Assembly: GCA_963761335.1 (NCBI GenBank)
Contig: CAVXGR010000018.1
Coordinates: forward strand, 928,001-992,000
Direction: 5' to 3'
From: an uncultured delta proteobacterium
GTDB lineage: Bacteria; Desulfobacterota; Binatia; HRBIN30; BPIQ01
DNA: 64,000 nucleotides
In this document: one piece after another, positions 37,569-47,067 of the stretch
Layout: every line of letters starts with the position of its first letter
Numbering within the stretch: the stretch's first letter is position 1
Notes under the pieces: generated by a model
Database searches by the model: none
The model's input: only the letters and a program-made list of their open reading frames with translations
Told to the model about the DNA's origin: nothing
Program-made: the position numbers and the translations under genes

Positions 37569-38390
37569 TCAGCGAAGGTGAATCACGTTTCCGGTGACCA
37601 GCCGCGCCTCCTCCGACACCAGATAGGCGATGACCCGCGCCACCTCGTCCGGCTCGGCGATGTGGATCAGATCCGAACGTTCTTTGACGTGGCGCCGAAC
37701 CTCGTCCGTGATCCACCCCGTGTCGGTGACCGGTGGGTGCACGACATTTGCCGTGATGCCGAGGTGGACGAGCTCGAAGGCGGCCGACATCGTGTAGCTC
37801 TCGAGGGCCGCCTTCGCGGCCCCGTAGGAGACCTCGCCGGGAAAGCCGTTGGGGCCGCCGGAGGTGAGTCCGACGATACGGCCCCAATGCGTTCCTCGCT
37901 CCCCGTGCCGGCGGGCGAGCTCGGCGATCAGGGCGGCGCTGCCGCGCGCATCCACCGAGAACTGCCGCTCGAAGGTCTCGGCGGAGACGCGCGTGATCTT
38001 GCGGCCGAGCCTGTCGCGCGTCTCTGCGGAGAACGTGTCCGCCAGCCAGCCACTTGCATTGTTGACGAGAATGTCGACCGGGCCGAGCTCCGCCTCCGCC
38101 GTGTCGAACAGCCGGCTCGGCGTCTCTGAGTCGGCGAGGTCGGCTTCCAGGGCGACCGCTTGGCCACCGGAAGCGACGATCGCAGCGACGACGCGACCGG
38201 CATCCGCGGCGCGGCTGCGGCGGTAGCCCTCCGGAATCCCGGGGGCCGGTGGTTTGTCTACCCGCAGGTACGAGACCAGCACCCGCGCGCCGCACGCCGC
38301 CAGCGCCGCCGCCGTCGCGGCGCCGATGCCGTGGTTGGCGCCGGTGACCAGGGCGACGTGACCGCGGAGATCGAAAGGCGCCGGGCTCAT
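37569..38390 (-). CDS. SDR family oxidoreductase
   Basis: VTGANHGIG, LVNNAS, YGAAK. Confidence 0.9.
   Translation of the reverse strand: MSPAPFDLRGHVALVTGANHGIGAATAAALAACGARVLVSYLRVDKPPAPGIPEGYRRSRAADAGRVVAAIVASGGQAVALEADLADSETPSRLFDTAEAELGPVDILVNNASGWLADTFSAETRDRLGRKITRVSAETFERQFSVDARGSAALIAELARRHGERGTHWGRIVGLTSGGPNGFPGEVSYGAAKAALESYTMSAAFELVHLGITANVVHPPVTDTGWITDEVRRHVKERSDLIHIAEPDEVARVIAYLVSEEARLVTGNVIHLR
37907..38214. repeat. 308-bp segment duplicated at 44214-44521
   Basis: Same sequence from GCCGGCGGGCGAGCTCGG to CATCCGCGGCGCGG at both loci, same orientation. Confidence 0.95.
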
Positions 38391-38665
38391 GTCAGGCATA
38401 TAGCACCATGCGCGCCCCTTGGCGCGCTCCGCGATGGCCGCCCACGCCCGTGCCTTGCCGTATCTGCTCAAGCACGGGGAATATACCCGACGCGTGTTGG
38501 AGCTCTTCGACCGCGCCTTCGGCTGAGCCACTGGGAGCGCGGCATCCTGGCCGCCTCTGCTCGTCGAGATGCAGCTGCGGCCGGGACGGCGGCATTCCCA
38601 GAAGAACCCGGATGGGAGGGATCAAGGATGGCAAGCGCGCTGGATTCTCAGTAGCATCGCTCGCC

Positions 38666-39157
38666 ATGATTGCCGGCCGCTCAGACCCGGGAGGCGCTTT
38701 CAAGCGTTGGATGTACCGCGGGGGGCGGCCGCACTTGCTGGCCAGGTTGCTGAATCGGGCCTGGGCGCTCGTTGGCACCTCGGGGATCGCCTCCAACTAC
38801 GTCGTCACCCTGGAGGTGGAGGGCAGGAGGTCGGGGCGAGTGATCTCCCTGCCGCTGGTCATCGCCATCTTGGATGGCCAGCGCTACCTGGTGTCGATGC
38901 TGGGTGAGAAGGTTGCCTGGGTTCAGAATGTCCGGGCTGCGGGCGGGAGGGCGTTTCTCCGCCACGGCGGCCGCGAGGAGATTCACCTGGAGGAGGTGCC
39001 GCCCGGAGAGCGCGCCGCGATCCTGAAGGTCTACCTGCAACGAGCGCCGGGGGCGCGGCCGCACATCCCCGTCGACAAGGACGCGCCACTCTCCGACTTC
39101 GAGGCAATCGCTGCGGCGTTTCCGGTATTCCGTGTAAGCGACGGGCCAGCGGGATAG
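38666..39157 (+). CDS. Nitroreductase / deazaflavin-dependent oxidoreductase family (DUF385-like); start uncertain
   Basis: TLEVEGRRSG, YLVSMLG...WVQNVRAAGG, FPVFRV. Confidence 0.8.
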   Translation: MIAGRSDPGGAFKRWMYRGGRPHLLARLLNRAWALVGTSGIASNYVVTLEVEGRRSGRVISLPLVIAILDGQRYLVSMLGEKVAWVQNVRAAGGRAFLRHGGREEIHLEEVPPGERAAILKVYLQRAPGARPHIPVDKDAPLSDFEAIAAAFPVFRVSDGPAG

Positions 39158-39198
39158 CTCGCTGGAAACGCCTGCGGGTGCACACTCAATCTTGTTGG

Positions 39199-39258
39199 CG
39201 TCAACGCTGGCGATCAGCGGCGCGCCGCAGGCGCGGCCGCCGCAACGCCGGGTTGGGA
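39199..39258 (-). other. Degenerate attC site
   Basis: Minus strand TCCCAAC-ccggc-GTTGCGGC...CGCTGATC-gccagc-GTTGACG; overlaps the GNAT 3' end. Confidence 0.55.
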
Positions 39259-39705
39259 GGTGCCTGTGCGGAGCCATTGGTACTTGATGTCCTCGAGCTT
39301 CCACTTCCTCTCGAAGCCATGCTCCCCTTCCGTGAAGCCGTTGCGCTCGTAGAAGCGTCTTGCTCGTGCATTTCTAGCGAACGTGTAGAGCCAGAGGCTT
39401 CCGGAAGACTGCGCCTTCGCCAGGTTGAGTAGGTGGAGGCCGATGCCTTGCCCCACGTTCTCGACCCGAATGTACAAGGCGGCGATCGATCCGGGTGTTG
39501 AGGCGGAGAACCCAACGATGTCGCCACCCTGCTTCGCAACACGAACCGTATTGTTGGGAACGAGATCCTCCAGGAGGAACGTGATCTGCTCTTCAATCGG
39601 ATGTGGGTCAGTGATCCCGACTCCGAACTCGAAGCTGGCCCGCCACATGACGGCGAGGGGAACAGCCTCCGCGGGGTCGAAGTCTTCCACCCGAAGATCG
39701 TTCAT
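39214..39705 (-). CDS. GNAT family N-acetyltransferase (probable gene cassette)
   Basis: ALYI...GQGIG..LL, NARARRFYERNGF; ends inside an attC-like site. Confidence 0.85.
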   Translation of the reverse strand: MNDLRVEDFDPAEAVPLAVMWRASFEFGVGITDPHPIEEQITFLLEDLVPNNTVRVAKQGGDIVGFSASTPGSIAALYIRVENVGQGIGLHLLNLAKAQSSGSLWLYTFARNARARRFYERNGFTEGEHGFERKWKLEDIKYQWLRTGTSQPGVAAAAPAARR

Positions 39706-39743
39706 TCTGGGTACAGACAATCCTCTCCCGACTCGTCGACCTT

Positions 39744-40586
39744 TCATCTTGGACCTGGGGGAGTGAGCGGCCGGAGCAGCATCTCCTGGGCCATCGACGC
39801 GACGATCCGGCCCCCGGAGTCGCGGATCACACCGCGCAGGGTACCGCGACCGCCGGCGTTGACGAGGCTCTGCACGTCCTGGAGGAGCCACTCGTCGGCG
39901 CGGGCGAGGCGGTGGAACCAGGCGGCGTGGTCGAGGCTGATCATGCCGGTGGTGTCGCCGTGGAGGTGGAGCGGGCGGCCACCAATGCCGGTCCAGTCGG
40001 TGGCGTAGCCCAGCAGCGCCGTGTGCAGGTGCGGGTCGTCGTCGAGGGTCCTCGGCAGGCGGAACCAGTGCCGGTGCGTGGCCTCCCGGCTGCCGTCGGG
40101 TCGGATCGGGCTCGGCCCGAGCCAGCGGGCGTCCCATGCGCCGACCTCGTCGCCGGCCTCCTCCGGCTCGGGGAGCTCCTCGGGCATGGGGACGCCGTCG
40201 GGGATGCCGGAGAGGTCGTACACGTAGCCGTCGGTATCGGTCGTGAAGGAGCACGTCATGGCGACGACGTCCTTGCCGTCCTGTGACGCGGCGACGTGGT
40301 GCAGCGTAAAGGTGCGACCCGGCTTCACCACAGTGCTGCGGAACACGATCTCCTGCCCGCCGAGCACTGGTCGGAGAAAGTGGGCGTGCAGAGAGTGGAG
40401 CCGGGTTCGCGCCGGCGCCTCTGCGCATGCGGCGCTGATGGTCATCGCCAACCCGATGCCACCGAAGACCACCGGGCCGTACCAGTCTGGCGTCCGGCCG
40501 ACCCACGCGTCACCGCGGCGGGCGTAGCGGAACAGCGCGAGGAGGTCGTCGATCGCCGCCTGCCGGCGCTCATCGCGGTCGAGCAC
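39744..40586 (-). CDS. Acyl-CoA thioesterase II (TesB family)
   Basis: VFGG, HSLHAHFLRP, YATD, SLDHAAWFHR, ASMAQE. Confidence 0.88.
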   Translation of the reverse strand: MLDRDERRQAAIDDLLALFRYARRGDAWVGRTPDWYGPVVFGGIGLAMTISAACAEAPARTRLHSLHAHFLRPVLGGQEIVFRSTVVKPGRTFTLHHVAASQDGKDVVAMTCSFTTDTDGYVYDLSGIPDGVPMPEELPEPEEAGDEVGAWDARWLGPSPIRPDGSREATHRHWFRLPRTLDDDPHLHTALLGYATDWTGIGGRPLHLHGDTTGMISLDHAAWFHRLARADEWLLQDVQSLVNAGGRGTLRGVIRDSGGRIVASMAQEMLLRPLTPPGPR

Positions 40587-40592
40587 GTCGGA

Positions 40593-41217
40593 TCAGCGCC
40601 CCCGGAACTGCGGTACGCGCTTCTCCATGATCGCCCGCACCGCTTCCTGCCCGTCCTCGCTGTTCAAGCCGGTGAGCGCGCTGCGGATCTCGTCGGTCAC
40701 CCGGGCGTCGATGTCGATGACCAGGGGTGCTCGGGCGACCAGCCGCTTCGTGCAACGCACCGCCAGCGGGGCCTGGGCGGCGATCGCGCTGCAGAAGCTC
40801 GAGCAGCCGCGCCTCGAGTTGATCGGCGGCGACGACGATGTCCGCGGCCATGGCGAGCGAGAGCCCGGCCCCGACGGCGACGCCGTTGATCCCGGCGACG
40901 ACGGGCTTGTCCGTCTCGAACCGCAGCGCCACGAGGAAGCGCCCGACCCAGCCCTTCTCGTCGAGTATCCGCTGCTGCTCCGACAACCCGGTGTCGGGCG
41001 GGTGCTCCTTGCCGCCGCCGAGGTCGAGGCCGGAGCAGAAGGCGTCGCCGTTGCCCGTCAGCGCGACGACGCGCACGTCGTCGTCGCGCTGCGCGTCGCC
41101 CAAGGCTCGCACGATCTTCCACCCGAGCGACGACGTGAGTGCGTTCTTCCGTTCCGGTCGATCGAGCCGCAGGACCCGCACGTGCTCGACGGTCTCGACG
41201 GTCAGCTCATCGGACAC
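40593..41217 (-). pseudogene. Enoyl-CoA hydratase/isomerase, internally deleted and frameshifted
   Basis: LDRPERKNAL, AFCSGLDL, GVAVGAGLSLAMAAD then jumps past the catalytic middle; the C-terminus (APLAVRCTKRLV...SEDGQEAVRAIMEKRVPQFRGR) is in another frame. Confidence 0.8.
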
Positions 41218-41250
41218 GCCCGCATTCTCCTCGAAAACCCTGCCGGACCC

Positions 41251-41565
41251 CTATATGGGGCAGATAAGACGCCTGTCAAACTGTCGCCGCTCCTCGGCGA
41301 AGATCGCGATGACGATCTTCGTGTCGAGCAGGAAACCTACCACTTCATCGGCATTGAGTTGCTCGTATCCCTCGTCGATGGCCTCGGCGATCAGGGCGAG
41401 ATCCTCCTCCGAGATCGTGCCCCCGAACTGGCTCAGTGCTCGGCCAGAGGGCGTCTGGTGTTTCTTCGCTGCCAGCGCCCGCGCGAACTCCAAGACCTGG
41501 CGCTGCTGCGCCGCCGGCAGCTGGTCAAGTAGCTCGCGGAGGTCCTTCTCGATGGCCGGGTTCAC
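41251..41565 (-). pseudogene. Degraded antitoxin/VapC (PIN) module: antitoxin fused to the first residues of a truncated PIN toxin
   Basis: RBS AAGGAG, GTG start, LDQLPAAQQRQVLEFARAL antitoxin-like part, then FLLDTKIVIAIF (PIN N-terminus) and an abrupt end. Confidence 0.65.
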
Positions 41566-41634
41566 CGCGCGACTCCTTTGCGGGTACCTTAGCCCGGTTT
41601 CAGTGCGATCGCGAGCGCCTCGTGACGCATCTAA

Positions 41635-41731
41635 CTCTAACGTAGTGGCGCCGAGCGGCCGCGGGCCAACTCGATTGTTTCCCGAGACGTCACCCAACGT
41701 GCCCGCGGTCCGATCGCGCGCCGTGTTGAAC
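41635..41731 (-). other. attC site (97 bp)
   Basis: Minus strand GTTCAAC...CGGACCGCGGGC-loop-GCCCGCGGCCG...GTTAGAG; GTTAGA is tandemly duplicated at the R' end. Confidence 0.7.
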
Positions 41732-41963
41732 GAATCATTGCCAAAGAAGCGGATCACTGAGGAGGCAGCGTCGCATCTCGTACAAGAATGCTTCTCGCTG
41801 TTGCTCACGGTCGAAGCCGAACGTCCACTGCGAGCTGAGGTTGAGCAGCAGAGTGGGCCAGCCAAGCCACCAATCGGCGGGCCAGGGACAATGAACCTCG
41901 TGCGCGTCCCGATGCAGAAGAGTGAAGTATATGCCCTTATCGTCAGACTCCCCGATTGGGACT

Positions 41964-42164
41964 TCAAAGCTCACGGGCCTTCCCGGCCTTGTAGTCGGCG
42001 AGTGCCTCCGCGATGAGGCCATCGAGCTTGCCTGCTTTTGCGTCCGCCTCGATCTGCTCGTCCCAGACGCGAGCGTCGAACTCGACAACCCAGGCCCGGA
42101 ATCTCGCAAGGTCCCGCGGCGCGAGCTTCGCGATTCGCTCCTCGAGTTGCTCGACTTCACTCAT
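41964..42164 (-). CDS. Small antitoxin-like protein (cassette-borne); cognate toxin not recognisable
   Basis: RBS GGAGGTG; FRAWVVEFDARVWDEQIEADAKAGKLD is typical of antitoxins paired with RelE/ParE-like toxins. Confidence 0.7.
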   Translation of the reverse strand: MSEVEQLEERIAKLAPRDLARFRAWVVEFDARVWDEQIEADAKAGKLDGLIAEALADYKAGKAREL

Positions 42165-42219
42165 TCGTTCACCTCCGGTTGCAACGGCATTCTACACGAC
42201 GCGTCGGTGGGCGGCTAAC

Positions 42220-43908
42220 GAGCTTGTAGAAAAACTCGGTGGCGCTTGGCAAACGCCGCCCACAGTTGCAGCCGTGTCAGTTTTATCTTACCTGCGGTTC
42301 GGTTTGGTCGGACAGTTGTAGGCACGGGTTCTCCCATCCTCCGGGTTCACGCCGTTGCGTAGTTCGCGATCTTCTCGATGTTGTGCACCAGCGTGAACAG
42401 CTTCCACTGCGTGCTCACCTTGCCCTGGCCGCGCAGCGTGAAGCGGCGCATCCCCTTGTTCTGTATGTTTGCAAACACCGGCTCCACCGTGGCGATCCGT
42501 CTGCCGTAGATCAATCGGCCCAGCGCACTGTCGATCTTGCGCTTCATCGCCTCGATCGCCGCCGGCGGCGCCTTCGGCACCCGGGGCCTCCCAGGCTCCC
42601 GCCCCTTGAAGAACACCACTTGCCGTTGCCCGGTTCGGTCCGGGTATCAATCTCAGACACTGCTGGCGTAGCTCGCACGGTCCGCACGCGCTCTTCGGCG
42701 CCTTGAAGTGTGCGCCCCGATACCCGCTCGTGACAATGTCCACTCTGCTGCGGTACAGCCTGTGCCCTGCCGGACAGATGCACGTCTGCTTGCCTTCGGC
42801 GTAGACGAAGTCCCCCGGCGTGAACCACTTGGGCTCAGCACTCCCGCTGTGTCGGCGTCGCTGGTCCTTGCGGTGGCGTTCCTTGTACCGGCCCGCATTC
42901 GCAAACGCCGGGTCCCGCCGCCTCATCTCCCGATCCGCCACGTACGCATCCACTTCGCTGTTGGCGATGTACTCCATGCTCTGCTTGCTGTGGTACCCAC
43001 TGTCGGCCGTAAGCGTTGCCTTCGCAAACACATCCTCCCTGCGCCCGATCGCCTCGAAGCTCTCCCGCGTTGCCTTCACCATGGGTTCGAGCAGGTGATT
43101 CTCTTGCCCCTCACCCAGCGCCTGCGCATGCACCACGATCTGGTGGCGCTCATCCACCACCGCCACCCCGTTGTACCCCTGGATCACCCCGTGCGCCGTC
43201 GACATCTTCGCACTGTCCGGATCGGTGATGTTGCGCTTGCGCTCGTTTCCGCTCGGACCCATATTCTTCTCGGCGCGCGATAGAAACGCCTTGATCTTCC
43301 TGATCTTCTCCCGATAGGTCGCCAGCTTCTTCTCTTCCTGCTCGGCCACCGGACCCTGCTCCTCGCGCTCGTCGCGCTGGCGATGCCGGCCGACAAGCTC
43401 GCGCGCCGTCTTCTCCATCTTCTTCTGCCGCTCGCGCAGCTCCTCGTGCGTCCCGCTCCACTGCTTGGAGGCATTCGACGGCAGCTTGCACCCGTCCACG
43501 GCGAAGTGCTCCTTGCCGATCAGCCCGAGCTCCTCGCAGTACAGCAGCACGTCGCGGAAAAGCGCCACGATCTCGCTCTCCAGCTCGCTCACGAACGCGG
43601 CAATGGTCGTAAAGTGCGGTCGCATGTCCGCCGACAGCGCCATGAACACCCCCCGTGTCGTCGTTGCCGTGGCGCTGCTCGAACACGCTCAGATCCAGAT
43701 GCTCTTCCACGATCTCGTTGAGCGCGTACTCGAACGAGCCCGGCACGATCTGATCGGCGTAGCTCAGCGGGATCATCTTGTCCTGCTTGAGATTGTACGG
43801 CTTGTACCGCGCCATCCGCCCCTCCTCACCACCTCAGCCGTCCGAGCATCACCCCGATGCTCGCTTGCACTGATTCTACAGGGGTTAGACGGGTTTTCCT
43901 ACAGCCTC
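42220..43908 (-). mobile_element. IS1182-family insertion sequence (1689 bp) inserted at an attC R' core
   Basis: Imperfect terminal IRs GAGCTTGTAGAAAAACTC / GAGGCTGTAGGAAAACCC (14 of 18), flanked by an AAC direct repeat. Confidence 0.88.
42347..43815 (-). pseudogene. IS1182 transposase, broken into three frames
   Basis: MARYKPY...; PHFTTIAAF, AVDGCKLPSNASK, ITDPDS, GYNG, ADSGY, CICPAG; YGRRIATVEPVFANI...RGQGKV; deletion near 43650 and an apparent 4-bp insertion near 42650. Confidence 0.88.
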
Positions 43909-43968
43909 AACGCTGGCCTTCAGCCACGTGCGTCGTTCTGCGCGTCGGCTGGAAGGGCTCTGTTCGGC
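43909..43968 (-). other. attC site interrupted at R' by IS1182
   Basis: Minus strand GCCGAAC-agagcc-CTTCCAGC...GCTGAAG-gccagc-GTT|IS; removing the IS restores GTTAGCC. Confidence 0.85.
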
Positions 43969-44213
43969 CGTGGCACGTATGCAAGTCGGTCTGGGTCCAA
44001 CAGACGCTCAGCAATGGTGTCTTTTTGGCCCAACCCGGCCATTCCGAGGCCAGGATGGCGGCCGTAAAGGAGCATGTACGGGACACCGAACCTCCTTGAA
44101 GGGCCCATTCTGCATTAGAAATGCAGGCACCAAGCGCGAAAAGGCGCCTCGCAGAAGCGATTCTCGTGCATTCTCCGATGCTTGGCACGGTCCGACCCCG
44201 ATTCCTCCTTTCA

Positions 44214-44521
44214 GCCGGCGGGCGAGCTCGGCGATCAGGGCGGCGCTGCCGCGCGCATCCACCGAGAACTGCCGCTCGAAGGTCTCGGCGGAGACGCGCG
44301 TGATCTTGCGGCCGAGCCTGTCGCGCGTCTCTGCGGAGAACGTGTCCGCCAGCCAGCCACTTGCATTGTTGACGAGAATGTCGACCGGGCCGAGCTCCGC
44401 CTCCGCCGTGTCGAACAGCCGGCTCGGCGTCTCTGAGTCGGCGAGGTCGGCTTCCAGGGCGACCGCTTGGCCACCGGAAGCGACGATCGCAGCGACGACG
44501 CGACCGGCATCCGCGGCGCGG
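44214..44521. repeat. Second copy of the internal SDR gene fragment (37907-38214)
   Basis: 308-bp identical segment interrupting the PEGA lipoprotein cassette. Confidence 0.95.
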
Positions 44522-45095
44522 TCGCTTTGGTGAAATCTTCGGGCGGCGGGCTGACGAGCGTGTAGGCGCGCTTCTCGTCCTCGGCTGCTGGCGTAGCGTA
44601 ATACTCTCGGATCGCTTCGCAGTCTGGATGCAGCACGACGGTTCTACCCGCAGCGGGCTTGACGTCGTCGCCACGCGTTACCGCGAATGCCTGTCCCGCG
44701 ATAGAGCCGGTTCCGGGCTGTGAGAAGTAGGTAGGAGGCGAGCCGCCGGGCGGGAAAAACTTAAAGAGTATCTCATCGCTGATGAACACTCGTGGAGATC
44801 GGAACAACATCAATATCCCGGCCGTGAACACAGTCCCCGTTACTCGGCCTCGCGAGACACGGGTTTCGATTTCACCGCTGCCCACCGGTGTGCCCTTGTA
44901 TTCCAGCCGGTACTGCCATGGCCCGTGCATGTTGGCGCCTGGATTGGTCGTGAAGGTGACGGGCGTGTCGCCGACGGCCTTCTCATTGATGTAAATCGAT
45001 GCGCCCGGCGGACTACTCTTGAGTCGCACACTCTCCGAACAGCCGCACAGCAGCACAGCCAGCAACGCGAAGTGCCCTGCGTAACTCCTCTTCAT
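44522..45095 (-). pseudogene. PEGA-domain lipoprotein cassette gene, 3' truncated
   Basis: Lipobox LCGC, SSPPGASIYINEKAVGDTP (PEGA); reading frame runs into the duplicated SDR segment. Confidence 0.7.
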
Positions 45096-45194
45096 AGCCT
45101 GCTCCCGCCCAGTTCCGGAGCAATTCGCAGGTTCGCTTTGTGTCCGCCCATGTGAGTATCACCTCGCAACCTCCTGGTCGAACGCTCACACACC

Positions 45195-45258
45195 GCCGAA
45201 CGCGAGCGGTCAGCCGCGCGGGCCGCAGGCCCGCGTCGTCTGCACCGGTTTGTTAGAC
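45195..45258 (-). other. attC site (64 bp)
   Basis: Minus strand GTCTAAC...GCGGGCC-tgc-GGCCCGC...GTTCGGC. Confidence 0.85.
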
Positions 45259-45270
45259 CCGCGCTGGCGC

Positions 45271-45870
45271 CTACTCGAAACATGCACGCATCCGGTCGAT
45301 CTCGCCTGTTCGCTTGATCACCCAGAACGATCCGATATCGATCGGGACGCGTGACGCCACGATCGGGTACTGGTCGGTCGTCGCATCGTAGCGGCGCACA
45401 ACACCGGCGTATGAAAGTGCGACGCTCTGATACGGCTCTTGAGGTTCACACGGATTGGCACCCCCGGCGTGCTCCTCGATCTCGATCGAGATCTCCCCGA
45501 GAAGAGCAGCCACGAGCGCAGGCGGCACTCCGTTCGTCAAGCTCGTGGGCAATCGCGAATTCCCACCGTCCTTCACATACGCATGTTCATACGACGAGCC
45601 GTGGCCCAGCGCGGCAAGCTCGGTGGCTGCAGCCTTCGACAGTGCGAATGGACCGCGGACGACGGCGAAGTGGTTCGGCTTCAGAGCTGGATAGAGATCC
45701 GTGTCGAGGACCCATCCACCATTCACTGCCGCCCATGCTTGAGCTTGCGTTTGGGAATCGAAGGTTGCGGTAATGACGAACGAGTCGCCAGCGACAGCGA
45801 CACCGCAGCCCAGAATCCAGACCGCGATGATGACCACGACCATGATCGCCCTCTCGCTCATCTGTGCCAT
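45271..45870 (-). CDS. Hypothetical exported protein (gene cassette); start uncertain
   Basis: ORF fills the space between two attC sites; signal-peptide-like N-terminus ending AVA. Confidence 0.7.
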   Translation of the reverse strand: MAQMSERAIMVVVIIAVWILGCGVAVAGDSFVITATFDSQTQAQAWAAVNGGWVLDTDLYPALKPNHFAVVRGPFALSKAAATELAALGHGSSYEHAYVKDGGNSRLPTSLTNGVPPALVAALLGEISIEIEEHAGGANPCEPQEPYQSVALSYAGVVRRYDATTDQYPIVASRVPIDIGSFWVIKRTGEIDRMRACFE

Positions 45871-45881
45871 TTCGCTTACTG

Positions 45882-45944
45882 GTCTAACGCTGTGCCGATG
45901 AGCCGCGCGTTCTTTTCGCGGCGGGCTCGATCGACTGGTTCGGC
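45882..45944 (-). other. attC site (63 bp)
   Basis: Minus strand GCCGAAC-cagtc-GATCGAGC...GCTCATC-ggcacagc-GTTAGAC; near-identical to 46782-46844. Confidence 0.88.
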
Positions 45945-45951
45945 GCGCCGC

Positions 45952-45980
45952 TTGGCTGTTCGGGTTCTTGCTGGTACGCT
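45952..45980 (+). promoter_or_regulatory. Putative sigma-70 promoter for the inverted TA cassette (probably leaderless)
   Basis: TTGGCT-17 bp-TACGCT with extended -10 TG; ATG 7 bp downstream, no RBS. Confidence 0.5.
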
Positions 45981-45986
45981 CCACTC

Positions 45987-46232
45987 ATGACAGCAACCGC
46001 AGAGAGCGTTCTCCAAGACGCCCTCAAACTTCCAGAAGAGGACAGAGCGGAGATCGCCGCTCGGCTGATTGCCAGTCTGGATGCGGAAAGCAGCGAGAGT
46101 CGAGACGATGTGGAAGAGGCGTGGGCGGCGGAGATCGAGCGCCGGTGCGAAGCTCTGGATGCCGGCACGACGACAACCCAAAGCTGGGAAGAAGTGCGGC
46201 GCCGGATCGAAGCGGACTTTCTCCGCAAGTGA
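45987..46232 (+). CDS. Putative addiction module antitoxin
   Basis: ALKLPEEDRAEIAARLIASLD...AWAAEIERR...SWEEVRRR. Confidence 0.88.
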   Translation: MTATAESVLQDALKLPEEDRAEIAARLIASLDAESSESRDDVEEAWAAEIERRCEALDAGTTTTQSWEEVRRRIEADFLRK

Positions 46233-46537
46233 CGAAGCCGGTTCGCTTCGAGGAAGACGCCGAGGAGGAGCTGCGGGCTGCGATCGCGTGGTACGAAGGC
46301 CAGCGCCCGGGTCTCGGTGGTGCACTCCTTGCCGAAGTGCAGCGCGTAATCGATCTGATTGAGAACTGTCCCGCCGTCGGCGCGCAGGTTCCGAAGGTCC
46401 GAACTCAATACGAAACGCGCAGGATTCCCCTCCACCGGTTCCCCTACGTGGTCGTGTACCGCGAGCGTACGGACGTGTCACAGGTAGTCGCCTTCGCTCA
46501 TACCAGCCGCAAGCCGGGATACTGGCGTTCTCGTTGA
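46229..46537 (+). CDS. RelE/ParE family toxin
   Basis: GTGA overlap; AEEELRAAIAWYE...GLG, RFPYVVVYR, VAFAHTSRKPGYWR. Confidence 0.9.
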   Translation: MTKPVRFEEDAEEELRAAIAWYEGQRPGLGGALLAEVQRVIDLIENCPAVGAQVPKVRTQYETRRIPLHRFPYVVVYRERTDVSQVVAFAHTSRKPGYWRSR

Positions 46538-46552
46538 CTGCTGCTCGATGTC

Positions 46553-46613
46553 GCCGAACGCTCAGTTTCAGCGGCGCGCCTTTCGGCGCCTCCGCTGGAA
46601 GCTGTTGTTCGGG
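46553..46613 (-). other. attC site (61 bp)
   Basis: Minus strand CCCGAAC...TTCCAGCGG-aggcgccgaaaggcgcg-CCGCTGAA...GTTCGGC. Confidence 0.85.
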
Positions 46614-46734
46614 CCTCTCTGCCTCTCGGGTCGGAATCGCTATCGGCACCGGGATCGATTCTGACCGTGGCGTATTCGGATCGAGTCTTCGCCGCGGCGC
46701 GGTAGACGTCATGTCGCTCGTGGCCAAAACTCAT
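46614..46734 (-). pseudogene. Remnant of a four-helix-bundle protein cassette (middle deleted)
   Basis: MSFGHERHDVYRAA joined directly to an acidic DPGADSDSDP tail; hexamer-like repeats upstream. Confidence 0.55.
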
Positions 46735-46781
46735 CTCGTCGCCTTCGATACCGATACCGATTTCGACCCCGATTCAATCAG

Positions 46782-46844
46782 ACCGAACGGCTTGGCGATG
46801 AGCCGCGCGTTCTCTTCGCGCCGGTCTCGATCGCCTTGTTCGGC
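46782..46844 (-). other. attC site (63 bp)
   Basis: Minus strand GCCGAAC-aaggc-GATCGAGA...GCTCATC-gccaagcc-GTTCGGT, 7 bp after the hicB stop. Confidence 0.88.
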
Positions 46845-46851
46845 GACCCCA

Positions 46852-47067
46852 TCACGCGTACATGAGCCGGCGTCTCTTCGGCTCGGGGATGGGGTCCCCG
46901 AATTCGGTTGCCGTGTCGATCCAGAGCTGCATGGCGTCCTTGGCGTTCGCTAGGGCTGTCTCTTGCGTATCACCGTGCGCCATACATCCGGGAAGCTCCG
47001 GCACCTCCGCTACGAACACTCCGTCCTCATCGCTCCAATAGAGAATGATTTCGTAGTTCAGCGTCAC
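46852..47067 (-). CDS. hicB: HicB family antitoxin
   Basis: YWSDEDGVFVAEVPELPGCMAHGDTQE...WI...GDPIPEP. Confidence 0.92.
   Translation of the reverse strand: MTLNYEIILYWSDEDGVFVAEVPELPGCMAHGDTQETALANAKDAMQLWIDTATEFGDPIPEPKRRRLMYA

Noticed and set aside
41735..41963. Cognate toxin for the 41964 antitoxin
   Set aside because: No frame resembles RelE/ParE; it looks like the tail of an unrelated cassette
43969..44213. Gene in the cassette remnant between the attC and the SDR duplicate
   Set aside because: No frame could be assigned with confidence; the 5' part appears lost
44235..45095. 286-aa ORF as an intact protein
   Set aside because: Its last third is an out-of-frame read through the duplicated SDR fragment
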